Position numbers and translations under genes: made by a program. The notes under the pieces were generated by a model. The model saw only the letters and a list, made by a program, of their open reading frames with translations, had not been told where the DNA came from and did not search any database. Positions 46,517-55,804 of a stretch of 64,000 nucleotides of DNA are shown here, piece after piece. The number at the start of each line of letters is the position of its first letter. Position 1 is the stretch's first letter. The stretch is from assembly GCA_016935315.1 (NCBI GenBank), contig JAFGRD010000141.1:12616-76615 (forward strand), read 5' to 3'. This DNA comes from Pirellulales bacterium. GTDB lineage: Bacteria > Planctomycetota > Planctomycetia > Pirellulales > Thermoguttaceae.

Positions 46517-48160
46517 CTACGGCTGTTGCTTGATGGCAATCAAGTGACTTCGCGTGGCGATGTAGAGCACGTCGTCGACCACCACGCCGGCACTGTAGAT
46601 CGAATCGCCCACGCTGTTCTCGGCCAGCAGCTTCATTTGGGGCGAGAGCTCGAAGACCGCCACGTCGCCGTCCTCGTCGCCGATGTAGACCTTCCCGTCA
46701 ACGACCAGCGGCGAGCCCCACATGGTCGCCAGCATGTCATAGGTCCAGTGGACCTTGCCGGTCCTGGCGTCCAGACAGTGGAACAACCCGGCCAGGTCGG
46801 CGATCACCAGCAAGTTGTCCCGGATTGCCGCCATGCCCAACGTGCGGTGCATCGTCTCCTCGAAATCAAACCGGCCGTCGCCGTTGGCGTCGTGGCCCGT
46901 GTAGTGCCAGATGGCCGCCGATTTGGGGTTCGGCCGGACTACGTCGCCGGCCTCCTTGTCGGCCGCCAGAATCCGCCGCGGCGGGATCGGCTTGCCATCT
47001 TCGTCAAAGACGAGCTCCGGGCTGACGTCGCCCCGCTTGGTGGGGTCGATGCACCAAAGGTGCCCTTGCCCTTCGCCGTGCTCGGGATCCTGACCGGTGG
47101 CGATGTACACCTTGCCCTCGCAGACCACCGGCGTGGCGATCAGGTTGCTCCGGTCGCCCGCTCCGGCTTCCCTCCACTTCGACTCCTTGGGATTGCAGTC
47201 GAACTTCCAGAGCAGTTCCGGCTTGCCGGTGTCGGTTCGCTCGGCGCGGAAGCTGTAGAGCCAGCCGTCGCCGCCGGGGAAAATCGCCTGGGGTACGTCG
47301 CCGAGGACGGCAAACGCCGGCGAGCCCCACTGCCCGTGCAAGAGGTTGCGGCCCGGCGAGTTGTCGGCCCAAACCAGCTCGCCGGTCTTCTTGTCCAGCG
47401 CGATAAAGCTGGGGGCGTCCGGGGCCGGGATCCTCTTGTGCGACTCGTCTACGCCGTTGGACGTATTGACCAGCAGCAGGTCGCCCGCCGCCGTGACCGA
47501 GCAACTGGCCATGTTGTGTTGCACGCTGCCGAGCTGCCTCATCATGTCGAACAGCCAGACGACATCGGCCTCGTTGTGGGCGTTGTTCGGTTCGGAGGTG
47601 TACGGCCCGTCGTTCTCGCCGTCGTAGAACCCGTCGGCGTCCAGACAGGCCACCTCGCCGCGGTTGGTCACCACCCAGAGCCGCTCGTCCTCGACCACCG
47701 GGGAACAGCAGATACCCTGGTCGGGCCAATCGACCGCACGCCCGGCCTCGAGCTTCTCGCGGGAAAGCTGCCAACCGAACCGCCCGTCGCGCTGGCGGAA
47801 ACAGAGCAGACAGCCCAGATCAACGTCGCTGGGATATCGCGGCAGGTATCCGGCACCGTTGTTGGTAGCGCAATAAACGCGGCCGCCGGCGATCACGGGG
47901 CTGCCGTAGCTCTGCGAGCCGAGCTGGGCGACCCACAGAATGTTCTTCGCCCCTTCGGGCAGCCATTTCCCGGTCCGGTAGTCGAAATCGCCGACATTCC
48001 ACTCCACCGGAATGTCCTTTCCGTCGGGCGTGTTGTTGCGTGCGGGTGATCCGCCCCATTGGGGCCAGTCGGCGGCTCGCCCCAAACAGGTACAACCGAG
48101 CAAAACCGTCAACAACAGGGCGCGAACCATCCACTCGGATCGGGGAGCAATACGTTTCAT
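46517..48160 (-). CDS. PQQ-repeat beta-propeller protein (BamB/PQQ-enzyme-repeat-like), secreted.
   Basis: Signal MKRIAPRSEWMVRALLLTVLLGCTCLGRAADWPQWGG. Repeated ...G.VY.....G.L.A.DA.TG...W blades. Confidence 0.7.
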   Translation of the reverse strand: MKRIAPRSEWMVRALLLTVLLGCTCLGRAADWPQWGGSPARNNTPDGKDIPVEWNVGDFDYRTGKWLPEGAKNILWVAQLGSQSYGSPVIAGGRVYCATNNGAGYLPRYPSDVDLGCLLCFRQRDGRFGWQLSREKLEAGRAVDWPDQGICCSPVVEDERLWVVTNRGEVACLDADGFYDGENDGPYTSEPNNAHNEADVVWLFDMMRQLGSVQHNMASCSVTAAGDLLLVNTSNGVDESHKRIPAPDAPSFIALDKKTGELVWADNSPGRNLLHGQWGSPAFAVLGDVPQAIFPGGDGWLYSFRAERTDTGKPELLWKFDCNPKESKWREAGAGDRSNLIATPVVCEGKVYIATGQDPEHGEGQGHLWCIDPTKRGDVSPELVFDEDGKPIPPRRILAADKEAGDVVRPNPKSAAIWHYTGHDANGDGRFDFEETMHRTLGMAAIRDNLLVIADLAGLFHCLDARTGKVHWTYDMLATMWGSPLVVDGKVYIGDEDGDVAVFELSPQMKLLAENSVGDSIYSAGVVVDDVLYIATRSHLIAIKQQP

Positions 48161-48215
48161 TATGTCTCGTTCCTGGGTCGTCTTGTTCTGGAGGTAGAAA
48201 GCCAACGGCGGGCTG

Positions 48216-48581
48216 CTACTGGTGCACGATTACTTCGTCCTGCGGGTCGAACTTCGGCAGGACGACAATCAGCACGGTCATGCGACCGACGGCACGGTGC
48301 CGAACGCCGGGGGGAATGTAGATGCACGTGCCGGGGCGAATCGGCACCAACTCGTCGTCGAGTTGCATCTTGGCCTCCGGCGTGCACTGAAGCACATAGT
48401 ACGTCTCGCTAAGCCGCCGGTGGTAGTGCAATTGGGCGTCGGTGCTGATTTCGGTCCGATGGATCGTTCCCGGAAACTCCGCCACGTCGGCCAGCGCCCG
48501 CCGGGCGGTGCCGCAAGGGCAGGAAACGCCGGGGAGCCGGTCAAAGTCGACGATCCGATAGCGTCGGGGGCCGCAGTCCAT
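48216..48581 (-). CDS. Cupin-domain protein.
   Basis: ...GTIHRTEISTDAQLHYHRRLSETYYVLQCTPEAKMQLDDELVPIRPGTCIYIPPGVRHRA..., a two-His cupin motif. Confidence 0.6.
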   Translation of the reverse strand: MDCGPRRYRIVDFDRLPGVSCPCGTARRALADVAEFPGTIHRTEISTDAQLHYHRRLSETYYVLQCTPEAKMQLDDELVPIRPGTCIYIPPGVRHRAVGRMTVLIVVLPKFDPQDEVIVHQ

Positions 48582-49202
48582 CCGGGAGGTCCTTGAGGCG
48601 AGTATGCACGTCCGGCCATCTTAACAGATTGTGCCGCCGGTGGCCACAACGGGCCACTTGGACAAGGTAGGGATCGCCGGTAGGTTCCGTGGGTGCAGCC
48701 ATGGGCTGTTAACCTTGGCAGGGTCTGCCGATTACTGCAACCTACACGGCCTCAAGCAGGCTGCGGGACCGCCGGATAATCGGCAAACCTTCGCTGCCTT
48801 ACGCGCGCGCAAATGTTTGCGCATCAAGAGCGGTAAACCTTTTGCTGAAAATGGTTTCCGTACACTCAAGCGCCCTTCCCGGGCCGACCGATATCGTATG
48901 CTGACCCTTAGCGAATACCGCGTGCCTCGGTGGCACGCTCCCTAGGGCGCGTCAGGTAACCGGATCGGCATTAATCGAGTCAAGGAATGGCTCGACGGTC
49001 CTGGCGCAGTACACCGTGCGAACTGCGGGCACCGACCCACCCTGCCCGCCCGCAGCCAAAGACCCCGCCTTGGCCGGTTCTTGCCCATGGGAGAACCCGC
49101 GGGCGCCGCGCCCTGACAACGCGTTGATCGGGCGTTCGGGAATCTGGCTGCGGCAGCGAGAGTCGCGTTGACCGCAGTTGATTGTAAAGGAGTTGTTGCT
49201 CA

Positions 49203-50012
49203 ATGAAAGGGAAGACCATTTTTGGGGCGCTCCTGGTGAGCGTCGCCCTATGCAGCCAGGGGTTCGGTTTCGAGCTTCTGGACCGGATGCTAGGGCTGAA
49301 CTGCGGTGGCTGCGGCAGTTGTGCTACCTGCTGCGAGCCCGCATGCTGCGAGGCGCCGAAGTGCTGCGCGCCGGAACCCGCTTGCTGCGAAGAGCCTGCT
49401 TGCTGCGAGCCCTCGTGTTGCGATCCGTGCTGCAAGCCGAAGTGCGACCTGTTCGGCGGACTTAAGGGACTGCTCGCCTGCAAGAGTTGCTGCGATCCGT
49501 GCTGCCAACCGAGTTGTTGCGAGCAACCCACGTGCTGTGCAGAGCCTGCTTGCTGCGAGGAACCGGCTTGCTGTGAGAAGCCGGCCTGCTGCGACCCGTG
49601 CTGCAAGCCGAAGCTCAGGGACCTGCTGGGTATCTGCAAGCCGAAATGCTGCCAGCCCACGTGCTGTGCAGAGCCGGCTTGCTGCGAGGAACCGGCTTGC
49701 TGTGAGAAGCCGGCCTGCTGCGACCCGTGCTGCAAGCCGAAGTGCAACCTGCTGGGGCTGCTCGACGGCCTGTTCTGCTGCAAGAAGAAGTGCTGCCAGC
49801 CCGCTTGCTGTGAACCGGCCTGCTGCGAGGCGGCATGCACCTCGTGCAGCGGCTGCGGCGGCGGTACGGTTGAGCAAGCCGCGCCTGCGGCGGCCCCCGC
49901 GGCCGGCGAAGAGGCCCCCGTGCCCGATCCCCCGGCTCCGCCCGATCAGTCGGCTTCGGTGAGGCCCAGCCGCAGCATCCTGCAGGCTAGCCGCATCATC
50001 GTCCGGCGCTAA
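49203..50012 (+). CDS. Secreted ultra-cysteine-rich repeat protein (about 70 Cys; CCxPxCC / CC[EKQD]P[AST]CC repeats; keratin-associated-protein-like).
   Basis: Signal [20 protein letters not shown]. Then ...[39 protein letters not shown]... repeated three times. C-terminal Ala/Pro-rich tail. An AGGAG Shine-Dalgarno precedes the ATG. An internal 120-bp near-perfect tandem duplication spans about 49535-49745. Confidence 0.7.
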   Translation: MKGKTIFGALLVSVALCSQGFGFELLDRMLGLNCGGCGSCATCCEPACCEAPKCCAPEPACCEEPACCEPSCCDPCCKPKCDLFGGLKGLLACKSCCDPCCQPSCCEQPTCCAEPACCEEPACCEKPACCDPCCKPKLRDLLGICKPKCCQPTCCAEPACCEEPACCEKPACCDPCCKPKCNLLGLLDGLFCCKKKCCQPACCEPACCEAACTSCSGCGGGTVEQAAPAAAPAAGEEAPVPDPPAPPDQSASVRPSRSILQASRIIVRR

Positions 50013-50233
50013 ACCCCGCCGGCATTGTGGAAACGCAAGACGGGCCTGTCCATCCTCATGGGACGGACAGGCCCGTTGTCTTTTCTTGCCTGTGGCTTTT
50101 CTCGCGTCCGGTGTCGGCCCCTGGACAAATCGGCCGTCATCCGGCATCATCACGAGTTCAGGGATTCGCAATGGGACGAGTTCTCCCCTCGTTGCCGTTG
50201 CCATCTCCACCCCAAACGCGAGACGCCCCTCCC

Positions 50234-51283
50234 ATGACCGCCCCGCCCCCGCCGTGGCATGACGGCCCGCTGATGAAGGCCACCCGCCGCGAGCCGGCCG
50301 ATCGCGTGCCGATCTGGCTGATGCGCCAGGCCGGCCGCTACCTGGCCGAGTATCGAGAACTCCGCCGGCAGACCGGCTTCCTCGAGCTGTGCAAGAACCC
50401 GGACCTCTGTGCCGAGGTGATGCTGACGACCGTCGAGCGATTGGGGGTCGACGCGGCGATCATCTTCTCCGATCTGCTGTTGATCCTGGAGCCGCTGGGG
50501 CTCGATCTGGAATACACCCCGGGCGGAGGCCCCGTGTTGCACAACCCCGTTTGCGAGCCGCGCGACGTCGACCGGCTCGGCGAATTGGAGAATATCGAGC
50601 CGTTGGACTACGTGGTGCAAACGGTCCGCAAGACCCGGGCGGGCCTGGCGCCGGAGTTGCCGGTGATCGGTTTTGCCGGCGCCCCGTTCACCTTGGCCGC
50701 CTATGCCGTCGAGGGAGGCTCCAGCCGCCACTACCGGCGGGTCAAGTCGCTGATGTATCGCGACGCCGGCGCGTGGCACGCGTTGATGGGGCGGCTGTGC
50801 AGGGCGATTACCCTTTATCTAAACGCCCAGATCGACGCGGGTGCCCAGGTCGTGCAGCTTTTCGACAGTTGGGTCGGCTGCCTGGGCGTGGATGACTATC
50901 GCCGCTACGTGCTGCCGCATACGCGGTCGATCTTTGAGGGCCTCCGGTCCGGCGTGCCGGCGATCCACTTCGGCACCGGCAACCCGGCCCTGCTGCCGCT
51001 GCAGCGCGAGGCGGGCGGCGATGTGATCGGCGTCGATTGGCGCATTCGGCTCGACGACGCCTGGGACGCGATTGGCCCCGACCGGGCGATTCAAGGAAAC
51101 CTCGACCCGGTCGTGCTGCTGGGCCAGCCGGCCGAGATCCGTCGCCGGGCCAAGGAGCTTCTCGACCAGGCGGCCGGACGGCCTGGCCACATCTTTAACC
51201 TCGGCCACGGCGTGCTGCCGCAGACACCAGTCGAAAACGTCATTGCCCTGATCGACGCCGTGCACGAAATGGGAAGTCGCTAG
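50234..51283 (+). CDS. hemE: Uroporphyrinogen decarboxylase.
   Basis: ...[21 protein letters not shown]...; full URO-D fold. Confidence 0.93.
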   Translation: MTAPPPPWHDGPLMKATRREPADRVPIWLMRQAGRYLAEYRELRRQTGFLELCKNPDLCAEVMLTTVERLGVDAAIIFSDLLLILEPLGLDLEYTPGGGPVLHNPVCEPRDVDRLGELENIEPLDYVVQTVRKTRAGLAPELPVIGFAGAPFTLAAYAVEGGSSRHYRRVKSLMYRDAGAWHALMGRLCRAITLYLNAQIDAGAQVVQLFDSWVGCLGVDDYRRYVLPHTRSIFEGLRSGVPAIHFGTGNPALLPLQREAGGDVIGVDWRIRLDDAWDAIGPDRAIQGNLDPVVLLGQPAEIRRRAKELLDQAAGRPGHIFNLGHGVLPQTPVENVIALIDAVHEMGSR

Positions 51284-51317
51284 CCGGGCGAAGCAACGGA
51301 GATTCTGCCGGCGGCGG

Positions 51318-52121
51318 TCAGAGTCTCACGCGTCGTCGCCAGATCAGCCGGTAGCCCGCCAGGCGAACTGCCCACAACGATGCCGTGATCCAGACCACCT
51401 GGGCAATACAGAACACGGAGAGGGCGTACATCTCGCCGGAGCCAAGTGCCAGGAACATCAACGCGACGGCGACCACCGCGGCCGCCGCCCAACCCGCGTA
51501 TCGCGCCCGCGACCAGCGGGTGCCCAACGTGATCCAGATCGCCCCCAGGCCGATCAGTGCGTTGCCGCCGAGGATCGCTGCCAGCACGCCGAGGGCTTCA
51601 ACGCTGGAGATGAGATCGCCAATCGCGTCGGAGGGCAGGTAGTGGAGCGATCCCAGCACGATTGCGGTTGCCGCCGTCCAAGAGAGCAGGCTTCGCAGCG
51701 AGAACTGCTCCCAGCGCCCTTCGACCGGCGACTCCCGGGTGGCGCCCTCGGTGGCATCGCCTGTCAGCTCCGCGCCGAGAAACCGCACGGTCATCAGCAG
51801 GATGCTTCCCAGACACGTAGCCACAAAAAGCAGGAACGTCAAAGCCAAGGAGCCGGGTCCTGGCCGTTGCAGACTGGCCGATAGCCGGACCCAGGCTACC
51901 AGCCCAACCACGGCGACCACCAGCCGCCACGGATTCGCTCTTCCTCCCAGCGAGGCCCAAACGGCCAGCAGGATTCCGTGAGCGGGAAAGACGGCAAGTA
52001 ACGAGTAATGAATCCACTCCGCCTGTCCGTGAATCCGCTCGATCACACAAAGACAGCACAGCAGCTGGGCCGCCACGTTGACCGCGACCATGCATCCGAT
52101 CGGCACCCAGCGTCGCTGCAT
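51318..52121 (-). CDS. Hypothetical polytopic membrane protein (start uncertain; the ORF runs to 52307).
   Basis: About 7 TM helices. Start chosen at MQRRWVPIGCMVAVNVAA.... No homology recognised. Confidence 0.45.
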   Translation of the reverse strand: MQRRWVPIGCMVAVNVAAQLLCCLCVIERIHGQAEWIHYSLLAVFPAHGILLAVWASLGGRANPWRLVVAVVGLVAWVRLSASLQRPGPGSLALTFLLFVATCLGSILLMTVRFLGAELTGDATEGATRESPVEGRWEQFSLRSLLSWTAATAIVLGSLHYLPSDAIGDLISSVEALGVLAAILGGNALIGLGAIWITLGTRWSRARYAGWAAAAVVAVALMFLALGSGEMYALSVFCIAQVVWITASLWAVRLAGYRLIWRRRVRL

Positions 52122-52358
52122 CTGCTGCGCTTTCTTCGTTCTCTCGCGAGACAGACCTCGATCCAAGCCCATTGGATTATGCCCGGTCGATCTGCTATGA
52201 TCAAGGGCCTGCGGTTTTCTGCCCGGAAGCCGAGAGCAAGCATTGGCGGTGGAACCGGGAACAGACGCGTCGTCGCGGGAGTCGCCAGACTCCAACGTGG
52301 TCGCCAAAGCACTGCGAAGGACGACGACCGCAGGAAAACCGGCTTGCCCAGGAGCCCT

Positions 52359-54428
52359 ATGATGCCACGCAGTAGCCTGCTTCCTCTCCTGCTTTCGGCC
52401 ATCCTCTCAGCCGCGGCGTTCTCTCGCCCGAGTGCCGTTGCCGACGACGCGCGCGAATCCGGGGCGTTTACGCTCCATACCCGCAGCCGGCCGGAGATGA
52501 ACAAGGGAACGTTCCATTTCCCGCTGGTCTACCAGACCGTGCAGTGGGACCCGCGGAAGACGGCCGTGGTGATCTGCGACATGTGGGACCAGCACTGGTG
52601 CAAGTCGGCGACCGCGCGGGTGGCCGAGATGGCGCCGCGGATGAACGCTCTGATCTCGGTGGCTCGCGAGCAGGGCGCGCTGATCGTCCATTGCCCCAGC
52701 GGCACGCTCGATTTCTACAAGGACACGCCCGGCCGAAAGCTGGCCCGGCAGGCCCCTGCGGTCGAGCCGAGGGTGCCGCTGCAGGGCTGGTGCTCCCTGG
52801 ATGTGCAGCGCGAGGGCCAGCGTCTGCCGATCGACGATTCCGACGGCGGCTGCCCCTGCCAACCGCCGTGCCCCGGCGGACACCCGTGGACCCGTCAGAT
52901 CGCAACGATCGAGATCAAGCCGGGCGACGCGATCACCGACAACGCCGAGGCTTATTACCTGATGCAGCAGCGCGGCATCGAGAACGTGATCGTGATGGGC
53001 GTGCATACCAACATGTGCGTGCTGGGCCGGCCGTTCTCCATCCGCCAGATGGTCTACCAGGGCAAGAACGTCGTGCTGGTCCGCGACCTGACCGACAGTA
53101 TGTACAACCCCCGCCGCGAACCGTTCGTCAGCCACTTCCGCGGCACGGAGATGGTCGTCGAGCACATCGAGAAGTACTGGTGCCCCACGATCACCAGCAG
53201 CGATTTCCTGGGCGGGCCGGCCTTCCGGTTCCGCGAGGACACGCGGGCGCACGTCGTCTTGCTGGCCAACGAGGACGAGTATGGGGCCAGGCAGACGCTG
53301 CCGGATTTCGCCCAACTGCTGCGAGACTGCTTCGGCTATCGCTGCACGGTGATCCAGGGATACGCCCCGCACGATCTGTCGGGCATCGAGGCCCTCGAAT
53401 CGGCCGACGTGGCGGTGCTGTTCGTGCGTCGCCGGGCCTTGCCGCAGCAGCAAATGGCCGTGCTGCGGAAGTACCTGGAGGCCGGCAAGCCGCTGGTGGC
53501 GCTGCGGACCGCGTGCCACGCCTTCGACGTCCGCGGCGACGCCCCGGCCGGCTCGCAGCAATGGCCGGCGTTCGACCGCGAGGTGCTCGGCTGCAACTAC
53601 CGTGGGCACGGCCCGAACCAGTTGGGCACCGACGTGGCGTTGGTGCCGGAGATGGCCGATCACCCGATTCTCTCCGGCGTCAAGCCGGCGCAGTGGCACA
53701 GCCCCGGCTCGATCTACCTGGTCAGGCCGGTCGACGAGGAGGCCGAGGTGCTGGCGGTCGGCACGGCGTTGAATCTGACCGAGCCGATCGCTTGGGCCCG
53801 CCGCTACCGGGGCGGCCGCGTATTCTACACGTCGCTGGGACACCGCAGCGACTTCATGCAGCCGCAGTTTCGGGTGCTGTTGATCAACGCCGTGCACTGG
53901 GCGATGGGCCGGCCGGTGCCGCCGCTACCGGGCGACGCCTCGCCCGACTTCTCCGCCGGGTGGCACACCCTGGCCGTGCCCGGCACCTGGGACGCCCGCT
54001 CCGGCGGTTACCTGATCGGCTACGACGGCTACGCCTGGTACCGTTGCCTGGTCACCGTGCCCGAGGCCTGGCGCGACAACGACCTCACACTTTCGGTGCC
54101 CGAGGTGGATAATTGCCACGAGGTGTTTTTCAACGGCTTGAAGGTCGGTTCCGCCGGCTCGATGCCGCCGGACTACGTCAACGGGCTCGGCAGCGAGAAG
54201 CCTTGCACGGTGCCGGCGTCGCGCGTGCGTTCTGGGCAAAAGAACCTCGTGGCACTGCGCGTCTACGACCACGACGGCCGTGGCGGCTTCAAAGGCAAGG
54301 CCCCGAGTCTCGGCTTCGGCCAGCAGGTCATTTCCCTGGAAGGCAAGTGGCAATTTCGCACGGGCGACGACGCGAGGTGGGCGCAGCCCGACGAAGAGAC
54401 ACCGCCCGCGGAGGCATTTTCCTATTGA
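52359..54428 (+). CDS. Secreted three-domain protein: isochorismatase-like cysteine hydrolase, ThuA-like (class-I glutamine-amidotransferase fold), and a GH2-type sugar-binding beta-sandwich.
   Basis: Signal MMPRSSLLPLLLSAILSAAAFS. AVVICDMWDQHW...VIVMGVHTNMCVLG (isochorismatase). ...GGRVFYTSLGHRSDF... (ThuA). ...LTLSVPEVDNCHEVFFNGLKVGS... (GH2 N-terminal-like). Confidence 0.7.
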   Translation: MMPRSSLLPLLLSAILSAAAFSRPSAVADDARESGAFTLHTRSRPEMNKGTFHFPLVYQTVQWDPRKTAVVICDMWDQHWCKSATARVAEMAPRMNALISVAREQGALIVHCPSGTLDFYKDTPGRKLARQAPAVEPRVPLQGWCSLDVQREGQRLPIDDSDGGCPCQPPCPGGHPWTRQIATIEIKPGDAITDNAEAYYLMQQRGIENVIVMGVHTNMCVLGRPFSIRQMVYQGKNVVLVRDLTDSMYNPRREPFVSHFRGTEMVVEHIEKYWCPTITSSDFLGGPAFRFREDTRAHVVLLANEDEYGARQTLPDFAQLLRDCFGYRCTVIQGYAPHDLSGIEALESADVAVLFVRRRALPQQQMAVLRKYLEAGKPLVALRTACHAFDVRGDAPAGSQQWPAFDREVLGCNYRGHGPNQLGTDVALVPEMADHPILSGVKPAQWHSPGSIYLVRPVDEEAEVLAVGTALNLTEPIAWARRYRGGRVFYTSLGHRSDFMQPQFRVLLINAVHWAMGRPVPPLPGDASPDFSAGWHTLAVPGTWDARSGGYLIGYDGYAWYRCLVTVPEAWRDNDLTLSVPEVDNCHEVFFNGLKVGSAGSMPPDYVNGLGSEKPCTVPASRVRSGQKNLVALRVYDHDGRGGFKGKAPSLGFGQQVISLEGKWQFRTGDDARWAQPDEETPPAEAFSY

Positions 54429-54526
54429 CGCTTGCACACTCAATGCGCGAGGGCGGCCAATGCGAGCCCGACTTGTCCGGCCTCCCGTTGGTCGGCCTGG
54501 GTCATTCACAATGCAAGCATCAATAG
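54424..54526 (+). mobile_element. MITE-like element copy G.
   Basis: tattgacgcttgcacactcaatgcgcgagggcggccaatgcgagcccgacttgtccggcctcccgttggtcggcctgggtcattcacaatgcaagcatcaatag. The TGA within the 5' TIR is the stop of the upstream gene. The element sits between convergent genes. Confidence 0.85.
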
Positions 54527-54615
54527 GCGACCCACCACCGCGTAGCCAGCGACCGGGTAGCGAGCCGGCGGCGTCCCGGCGCACATGGCGAGTCGCCGAG
54601 TTCCGCCCGGTGCGG

Positions 54616-55734
54616 CTACTGAATCCACCCACCGCCGACCACGCGCTGGCCCCGGTAACACACGGCCGCCTGTCCGGGAGCCACGCCGTAACAGGGCTCG
54701 GCAAACCTGACGCGAAACCGGCCGCCCGGCAGGGGCTCGACTGTCGCTTCCGCCGGGCGGCTGCGATAGCGAATCTTCACCCGGCACGGCAGCGGTCCGG
54801 CCGGCTCGTCGATCAGCCAGTTGGCTTCGGCCGCGGTCAGTTCCGTCCGGGCCAGCTCGTCGTGGGTGCCGACCACAACGCGACGCGTCGTCGGCTCGAT
54901 CCGCACGACGTAGCGCGGCTCGCCAAAGGCAATGCCCAGGCCTTTCCGCTGACCGATCGTGAAACGTTCATAGCCGTCGTGGCGGCCCACCACGGTCCCG
55001 TCCGTGGCGACGATCTTGCCGGAGGTCTGCCGGGGATCGCGATGCTCGCGGACGAACCGTGCATGATCCTGGTCGGGCACGAAGCAGATCTCCTGGCTGT
55101 CGCGCTTCTCGGCCACTTTCAAACCCAACCGGCCGGCGATTCGGCGGATCTCCGCCTTGTGGTGGTCGCCGATGGGAAACATCAACCGCGGTAGCAAATG
55201 CCGCTCGATGCCGAACAGCACGTACGACTGGTCCTTCGACGCGTCCAGCCCCTGGCAGAGGGCAATCTCATCGGTGCACAAGGCCCCGGGTTCGCCCGGC
55301 GGCACGGAAACCAGCCGGGCGTAATGGCCGGTGGCCACGAATTCGGCCCCCACGCTGTCGGCGTACTCGAACAGCTTGCCGAACTTCAGCCACGTGTTGC
55401 AAACGATGCACGGATTGGGCGTGCGCCCGGCCGTGTAGGTCTCGACGAAGTACTCGACGATCCGGCCGAACTCCCGCTCGAAGTTCAGCACGTAGCAGGG
55501 CACGCCCAGCCGCTCGGCCACCCGGCGGGCGTCGGCCGCGTCGGCCTCGCTGCAACAGCCCTGCTTGTGTCGGGCCGCCTCGCCGCCGGGCAGCGTGCAG
55601 GCCGGCTGAAGCGCTTGCCCGTGCCGCATGAACAGCCCTACAATTTCATGACCGGACTCGCGCAGCAGCCAGGCGGCCACGCTGCTATCGACTCCGCCGG
55701 ACATCGCCAGGACGACACGTGCCACGAACCTCAC
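54616..55734 (-). CDS. mnmA: tRNA-specific 2-thiouridylase MnmA.
   Basis: ...[19 protein letters not shown]... PP-loop; ...CIVCN...; C-terminal ...GQAAVCYRGQRVVGGGWI. GTG start at 55734 preceded by AAGGTGAGG; alternative ATG at 55704. Confidence 0.9.
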   Translation of the reverse strand: MRFVARVVLAMSGGVDSSVAAWLLRESGHEIVGLFMRHGQALQPACTLPGGEAARHKQGCCSEADAADARRVAERLGVPCYVLNFEREFGRIVEYFVETYTAGRTPNPCIVCNTWLKFGKLFEYADSVGAEFVATGHYARLVSVPPGEPGALCTDEIALCQGLDASKDQSYVLFGIERHLLPRLMFPIGDHHKAEIRRIAGRLGLKVAEKRDSQEICFVPDQDHARFVREHRDPRQTSGKIVATDGTVVGRHDGYERFTIGQRKGLGIAFGEPRYVVRIEPTTRRVVVGTHDELARTELTAAEANWLIDEPAGPLPCRVKIRYRSRPAEATVEPLPGGRFRVRFAEPCYGVAPGQAAVCYRGQRVVGGGWIQ

Positions 55735-55804
55735 CTTTTCTGAATCGCGGGATAGGATATAATAGAAGGTTTGCGTTGTTCCACCCCACCGTTGGAGGAA
55801 TGCC

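Noticed and set aside
46268-48049. 593-aa plus-strand ORF
   Set aside because: Antisense to the PQQ-propeller gene and element copy F.
48740-48770. Sigma54-like TGGCAG…TGCA motif in the intergenic region upstream of the Cys-rich gene
   Set aside because: Spacing between the GG and GC elements is too long for the -24/-12 consensus.
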